Of a DNA stretch of 64,000 nucleotides, positions 60,324-64,000 are shown one piece after another. Both the position numbers and the translations under genes were made by a program. The stretch's first letter is position 1. Each line of letters opens with the position of its first letter. The notes under the pieces are model-generated. The model did no database searches. It had not been told where the DNA came from and saw only the letters and a program-made list of their open reading frames with translations. The stretch lies in IMG/VR virus record IMGVR_UViG_3300045988_131726; one strand, given 5' to 3'. The stretch comes from a virus.

Positions 60324-60755
60324 ATGAAAAATAATGTAATTATGAGAAAGATAGGAGAAGTTTTTAAACCTGAAGGTGTTAATACCTGGCTTAGGGTTGC
60401 AGAGGCACACCCAAGTTTATGGTGCTTTGCAGCAGAAGATCCCGCATATCATTGTGTATTTAGGGCAGGCACAGGCTGTATATGTACTGGGAACTATAAG
60501 AGAGATGCAGGTGAATGTGGTAGAACTATAGGGGAAGGTCCTCTGGTAGTATTCCTAAGGACTATAGCTCCTACCGAGGTTACTATACTAGGTCCTCGAA
60601 AGTGTATCAAATGTCCTAATTCTGTAACTACAGTAGGTAAGGAATATGAATTAGAAGTTATAATAGGAAGCAATAACTTTCGTTATATCGATGATATAGG
60701 AGAATATACCTATATTCTAAAAGAGGATATACATCTGTTCTTTGCACAACCTTAA
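60324..60755 (+). CDS. Cysteine-rich hypothetical protein (143 aa)
   Basis: ATG ORF with multiple Cys residues (WCFAAEDPAYHCVFRAGTGCICTGNYKRDAGECG...KCIKCPN). Confidence 0.5.
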   Translation: MKNNVIMRKIGEVFKPEGVNTWLRVAEAHPSLWCFAAEDPAYHCVFRAGTGCICTGNYKRDAGECGRTIGEGPLVVFLRTIAPTEVTILGPRKCIKCPNSVTTVGKEYELEVIIGSNNFRYIDDIGEYTYILKEDIHLFFAQP

Positions 60756-60762
60756 CAATCGG

Positions 60763-60837
60763 GCTCCCTTAGCTCAGCTGGATAGCAGCAACGGATTTCT
60801 ACTCCGTAGGTCACAGGTTCGAATCCTGTAGGGAGTA
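60763..60837 (+). tRNA. tRNA-Arg (anticodon TCT)
   Basis: Acceptor GCTCCCT/AGGGAGT, anticodon arm ACGGA-TTTCTAC-TCCGT, T arm ACAGG-TTCGAAT-CCTGT. The D arm is irregular. Confidence 0.8.
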
Positions 60838-60858
60838 CAAACATTCAAATTTTACATT

Positions 60859-61194
60859 ATGGAACAATCAATTACATTCCTTTGTAAGGATGCTAAAAAG
60901 CGCCTTATGAGTTCAGAGATTCTGACTGACGAAGCTCGACAGTTGATTCTGGATTCAATTAAAGAAGAAGATCTTACCCCTGACACGAAGTTAATCTTGG
61001 AGATTAGCCTTAGTTATGCATACAATTGCATTGCAAGACTTGTCATTGACATTCCTGATGCACAGGATGCATGTGTCATAGGGTATTACAAGTTTCCCGA
61101 CTGTTGGTATAAGTATACTCTGAGCCACGATATGGACAATGATGACTTCGACAAGATTGCTAAGTGGGCATCAGTATTCTACCTACATAACTAA
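60859..61194 (+). CDS. Hypothetical protein (111 aa)
   Basis: ATG ORF. Confidence 0.5.
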   Translation: MEQSITFLCKDAKKRLMSSEILTDEARQLILDSIKEEDLTPDTKLILEISLSYAYNCIARLVIDIPDAQDACVIGYYKFPDCWYKYTLSHDMDNDDFDKIAKWASVFYLHN

Positions 61195-61195
61195 T

Positions 61196-61363
61196 ATGGA
61201 GCATTACTTCCTAGAAGATGAACTTACTGATCAGGAATGTTTAGTATCTCTCATTAGTATACTTAACACTCCTATTGGTAAGTGTAAACACAATGAAACT
61301 GTGAACTACTGTGTTAAAAGAGTCCTTGAAGCAATTGAAAATGGGGCTGTTTTAACTAAATAA
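61196..61363 (+). CDS. Small hypothetical protein (55 aa)
   Basis: Track ORF trimmed to ATG 61196 (MEHYFLEDEL...), directly after the previous stop. Confidence 0.4.
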   Translation: MEHYFLEDELTDQECLVSLISILNTPIGKCKHNETVNYCVKRVLEAIENGAVLTK

Positions 61364-61373
61364 ATTCTCATGG

Positions 61374-61711
61374 GCTCGGATGGTGAAACAGGTAGACACG
61401 AGGGACTTTACAGGTAGATATAAGTAAAACATGAAAATCTACTAAATCTATCAATAGTAATATTGATGAAGGATTGAGCACTCAGAAGGAAACTTCTGAT
61501 GTGAATGTGGGCTAATTCGGTGAAGGTATGGAGTTAACCGCCCATAATAACGCCGAGCTAAATGGAATAGAAATATTCCTAAATGTGTAGAGACTATATA
61601 CCCACCTCCTAAACTGAAAAGCATGGAGAAGACATAGTCCAATCTGATTAAATTCAGATGAAAATCCCTTGGCCAGTAATGGTCGTGCGGGTTCGACTCC
61701 CGCTCCGAGTA
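61374..61711 (+). tRNA. tRNA-Leu (anticodon TAA), class II, interrupted by a group I intron in the anticodon loop
   Basis: 5' half: GCTCGGA-TG-GTG..CAC-G-AGGGA-CTT (61374-61408). 3' half: AAAA-TCCCT, variable arm GGCCAGTAATGGTC, T arm GCGGG-TTCGACT-CCCGC, acceptor TCCGAGT (61661-61711). The joined loop CTTAAAA gives anticodon UAA. Confidence 0.85.
61409..61660 (+). ncRNA. Group I intron (IC3-like, bacterial tRNA-intron type), ORF-less
   Basis: AATTCGGTGAAGG (61514-61526) and AACGCCGAGCTA (61549-61560) form a P4-like pairing TTCGGTG/CGCCGAG. GTGTAGAGACTATATA (61585-61600) is R-like and GAAGACATAGTCC (61628-61640) is S-like. The intron follows U34 and ends in G (..CAGATG). Confidence 0.8.
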
Positions 61712-61820
61712 CAACTTATTGTGCTATAAGTTCTGTCAATGTTCTTAAATTTTTACCCTGGGTTAGCTGTGAAGCTTGTCCCAGGTTTTTAACTAGAACT
61801 CTTTTTAACTTATATAAGTT

Positions 61821-62153
61821 ATGAAAATTTATCAAAAGACCAAATTCCACCAGAGTGGAAATGTAGTAGTCTGTGTCATGACTGCTCGCGTAAAGATTAT
61901 GGGATTGAACTTCAGTGCAGGTACTGTACGTGGTATTGCACGATGTGCTCCTGAAGATCAGTTTGACCTTAAGAAAGGCCAGATGATTGCAGAGTCAAAG
62001 GCTACTCAGAAGATGTACAATCGCATTGGTTCGAACATGAACAAAGCTCTCAAGGCTACTGTTCAGGATCTTGACGAAATCAAAGGTGAGCTTGCAAAAC
62101 TTGCAAGCATGAAAGACATCGAAGAGCGTCATTTCGAAGAGATTTGTCACTGA
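61821..62153 (+). CDS. Hypothetical protein (110 aa)
   Basis: ATG ORF with moderately raised G+C. Confidence 0.5.
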   Translation: MKIYQKTKFHQSGNVVVCVMTARVKIMGLNFSAGTVRGIARCAPEDQFDLKKGQMIAESKATQKMYNRIGSNMNKALKATVQDLDEIKGELAKLASMKDIEERHFEEICH

Positions 62154-62231
62154 AAAATAACTCTCGAACAATTCTAGTAATAAATAAATTTTGGTGTGTA
62201 TGGGAGAAGATTATAACTTAATCTTTTCAAC

Positions 62232-62666
62232 ATGCGCAAAGATCTCTTACTTAGAGAGAATGAGGTTCGAGAATGGGTCTCTCAGGAACTTCCTAATGTA
62301 GAAATTGCAAGGAGGTTAGCCTGTAAAGTAGATACTTTAAAGAGTTATTATAAAAAATGGGGTATTGAATATGCTGGAAATATGAACAGAAAGAATATGC
62401 CTCATTATGAACAAAGACTACCCATTCAACACTTTCTTAATAATCCCACTACTAAGTCTCACCTATTAAGGCTACGACTCATAGAAGAGGGGTTAAAAGA
62501 AGCTAAGTGTGAAATATGTGGTTTAACAGAATGGAATGGATTACCAATTCCATTAGAACTTCATCATATTGATGGAGATCATTACAATAACTCTTTAGAA
62601 AATTTACAAATTCTCTGTCCGAATTGTCATGCTCAAACATCTACTCATTCTAGTAGGAAAAGATAG
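62232..62666 (+). CDS. HNH endonuclease (free-standing)
   Basis: CEICGLTEW...LELHHIDGDHYNNSLENLQILCPNCHAQT, the classic HNH Cys-box/His-Asn-His pattern. Confidence 0.8.
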   Translation: MRKDLLLRENEVREWVSQELPNVEIARRLACKVDTLKSYYKKWGIEYAGNMNRKNMPHYEQRLPIQHFLNNPTTKSHLLRLRLIEEGLKEAKCEICGLTEWNGLPIPLELHHIDGDHYNNSLENLQILCPNCHAQTSTHSSRKR

Positions 62667-62673
62667 TTTGGAC

Positions 62674-62747
62674 GCCCGAGTACGCTAATTGGCAGTGCGA
62701 GTAGATTTAGGATCTACTGGTTGTGAGTTCGAATCTCACCTCGGGTA
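62674..62747 (+). tRNA. tRNA with anticodon TAG (Leu codon family) but class I (short variable arm)
   Basis: Acceptor GCCCGAG/CTCGGGT, anticodon arm GTAGA-TTTAGGA-TCTAC, 5-nt variable region TGGTT, T arm GTGAG-TTCGAAT-CTCAC, discriminator A. Confidence 0.75.
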
Positions 62748-62769
62748 CCATTATTAACTAACACACAAG

Positions 62770-63021
62770 ATGCATTTATATGTAAGAATCATTCTACTCT
62801 GGGTAATACTCTGGGGTATACCTTACCTCATCGCCAAAGTTCAATGGAAACTCTATAAAGCTGATAATGGAGGCTTGAACTATAAATATTGGAGTCAGGA
62901 TAATGGATGGTGGATAACATCCCACCTCTTTTTCATGACAGGAATTATTATCCTATCCTTAACAGGATTCTTTGTATTCCTCCTATGGTTCTTTCCTGAG
63001 TTAAATAATTTTGGATTATGA
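62770..63021 (+). CDS. Small membrane protein (83 aa)
   Basis: Hydrophobic segments VRIILLWVILWGIPYLI and FFMTGIIILSLTGFFVFLLWFF. Confidence 0.5.
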   Translation: MHLYVRIILLWVILWGIPYLIAKVQWKLYKADNGGLNYKYWSQDNGWWITSHLFFMTGIIILSLTGFFVFLLWFFPELNNFGL

Positions 63022-63277
63022 TACACACTTAATTACCCACTTTCGAAGATACTTATTACTCGCTTATTACACGAACGTAGATGACTTTAGCTCTGATTGT
63101 GTACAAATCAACTAAGGAAGAGGCTATTTAGTACTGGAACAGGAGTAAAGTCTGATTCCACAGATGTTAAGTATTGTAGATTATATCAGAGAGAGAGTTA
63201 CTTCTATTATAGATTTCAGGTCTTGAGATATACCAGTTGGAAAATGCTGGAGTGGGTAATTTTTAATAGATCTAATT

Positions 63278-63547
63278 ATGAGAACTTGGTTTTGTAAAGA
63301 TACACAAAGATGGGTATCAGAAATTCCGCGTGCCTTTTGGTTAGGAATATACGATTATAAAACTGGAGAGAAATTATATAGTGATGACACCATATACAGT
63401 GCTAACCCATTTTTGAGAAGTCTCAATAAAGATCTTTACATAAAGGTGACTAATCTTCTAAATGACTATAGTAAGTTAGAATTTGGTAGAGGCAGATTTT
63501 ACATGCCAAGACTCACTTTTCCTCCATATACTAAATATAATAAGTAG
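63278..63547 (+). CDS. Hypothetical protein (89 aa)
   Basis: ATG ORF. Confidence 0.45.
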   Translation: MRTWFCKDTQRWVSEIPRAFWLGIYDYKTGEKLYSDDTIYSANPFLRSLNKDLYIKVTNLLNDYSKLEFGRGRFYMPRLTFPPYTKYNK

Positions 63548-63629
63548 AAACAATGAATTTGGATGTTGTGACAGAAATATTTATAAACAATATAAAACAA
63601 TATTAATTTAAGTTTTAATTTTAATTATA

Positions 63630-63818
63630 ATGGAAGACACTAAAAAACCTTCAGGAACAGGTGCAAGAATTTGCTCATTTCTATTTCCTTTTGTAGGTGT
63701 AATCTGTTACTTTGTTAACAAAGACAAAGTTTCAGACCCTAAGACTTATTTATGGTGTGCTTTATGGGGATTTCTCATAGGAGTATTCCTCAATTTGATT
63801 TCTAGCTCTGGTTATTAA
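63630..63818 (+). CDS. Small membrane protein (62 aa)
   Basis: Two hydrophobic segments (ICSFLFPFVGVICYFV and LWCALWGFLIGVFLNLI). Confidence 0.45.
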   Translation: MEDTKKPSGTGARICSFLFPFVGVICYFVNKDKVSDPKTYLWCALWGFLIGVFLNLISSSGY

Positions 63819-63852
63819 AAATACGGGCACACAACATTTTCTACAGACCTAT

Positions 63853-64000
63853 ATGAGCAAATTATACAACGCCCTTTACGATCAGTTAAAAACTGAGCAT
63901 AGGAAGGAAGCTGAAGATTGTATTAAAATATACAATGCACTGAAGGCTATAAGTAGAGAAAAATATGGTGAGGAACATGTATGGTCTTCAGACTGGAATG
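63853..64000 (+). CDS. Hypothetical protein, 5' partial (runs off window end)
   Basis: ATG at 63853. My own translation MSKLYNALYDQLKTEHRKEAEDCIKIYNALKAISREKYGEEHVWSSDW... is open to the window end. Confidence 0.35.
   Translation, partial: MSKLYNALYDQLKTEHRKEAEDCIKIYNALKAISREKYGEEHVWSSDWN

Noticed and set aside
61451-61714. 87-aa minus-strand ORF inside the tRNA-Leu intron, considered as a possible homing endonuclease.
   Set aside because: It is antisense to the intron, runs into the tRNA 3' half, and shows no LAGLIDADG, GIY-YIG or HNH motif. The intron core elements already account for the sequence.
63097-63297. 66-aa ORF starting at TTG.
   Set aside because: It has no ATG near the start and an odd composition, and it overlaps the better ORF 63278-63547. 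It is left uncalled.
1-64000. Stop-codon reassignment and suppressor tRNAs (known in some crAss-like lineages), CRISPR arrays, diversity-generating retroelements, and integrase/lysogeny genes.
   Set aside because: Multi-kb ORFs are open in the standard code, and none of the tRNAs has a CTA, TCA or TTA anticodon. No spacer-repeat arrays, no reverse transcriptase or template/variable repeat pair, and no recombinase motifs were seen in this window.

Overview
The window looks like most of the structural/late arm, plus the start of the opposite arm, of a crAss-like (Crassvirales-type) podophage of a Bacteroidota host. This assignment is inferred from gene order, recognisable proteins and promoter type; no searches were run.

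Positions 1-55003 are one minus-strand block. In transcription order it holds:
- small ORFs, then a two-domain metallopeptidase/lysozyme-like protein;
- a promoter-tRNA-GroEL...GroES-like chaperonin unit;
- large terminase and portal;
- a tail-fibre module, including a collagen-repeat fibre;
- a candidate lysis cassette and a scaffold-like acidic protein;
- a split major capsid protein gene and head/neck genes;
- an HNH + exonuclease insertion and an IHF/HU-like protein;
- a 2116-aa tail protein, two mid-size virion proteins and a giant (>3690 codon) protein gene.

From about 55.1 kb transcription turns rightward. This arm starts with a GC-rich leader + 150-aa ORF cassette and an iteron-like repeat cluster. 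It continues with many small ORFs interleaved with six tRNAs and a tRNA-like element.

The most notable feature is the intron load:
- a T4-like group I intron with a LAGLIDADG ORF in the giant gene;
- two intervening sequences in the capsid gene, one a canonical ORF-less group I intron and one unclassifiable by eye;
- an IC3-type group I intron in the anticodon loop of tRNA-Leu(UAA).

Other points of interest:
- a phage GroEL/GroES-like pair;
- a recurrent Bacteroidota-type promoter motif;
- two tRNAs with atypical features;
- ORF-free structured intergenic blocks.

There is no CRISPR array, no integrase and no sign of stop-codon recoding in this window. Functional calls rest on motifs read by eye and on synteny, so most hypothetical ORFs carry only moderate confidence.
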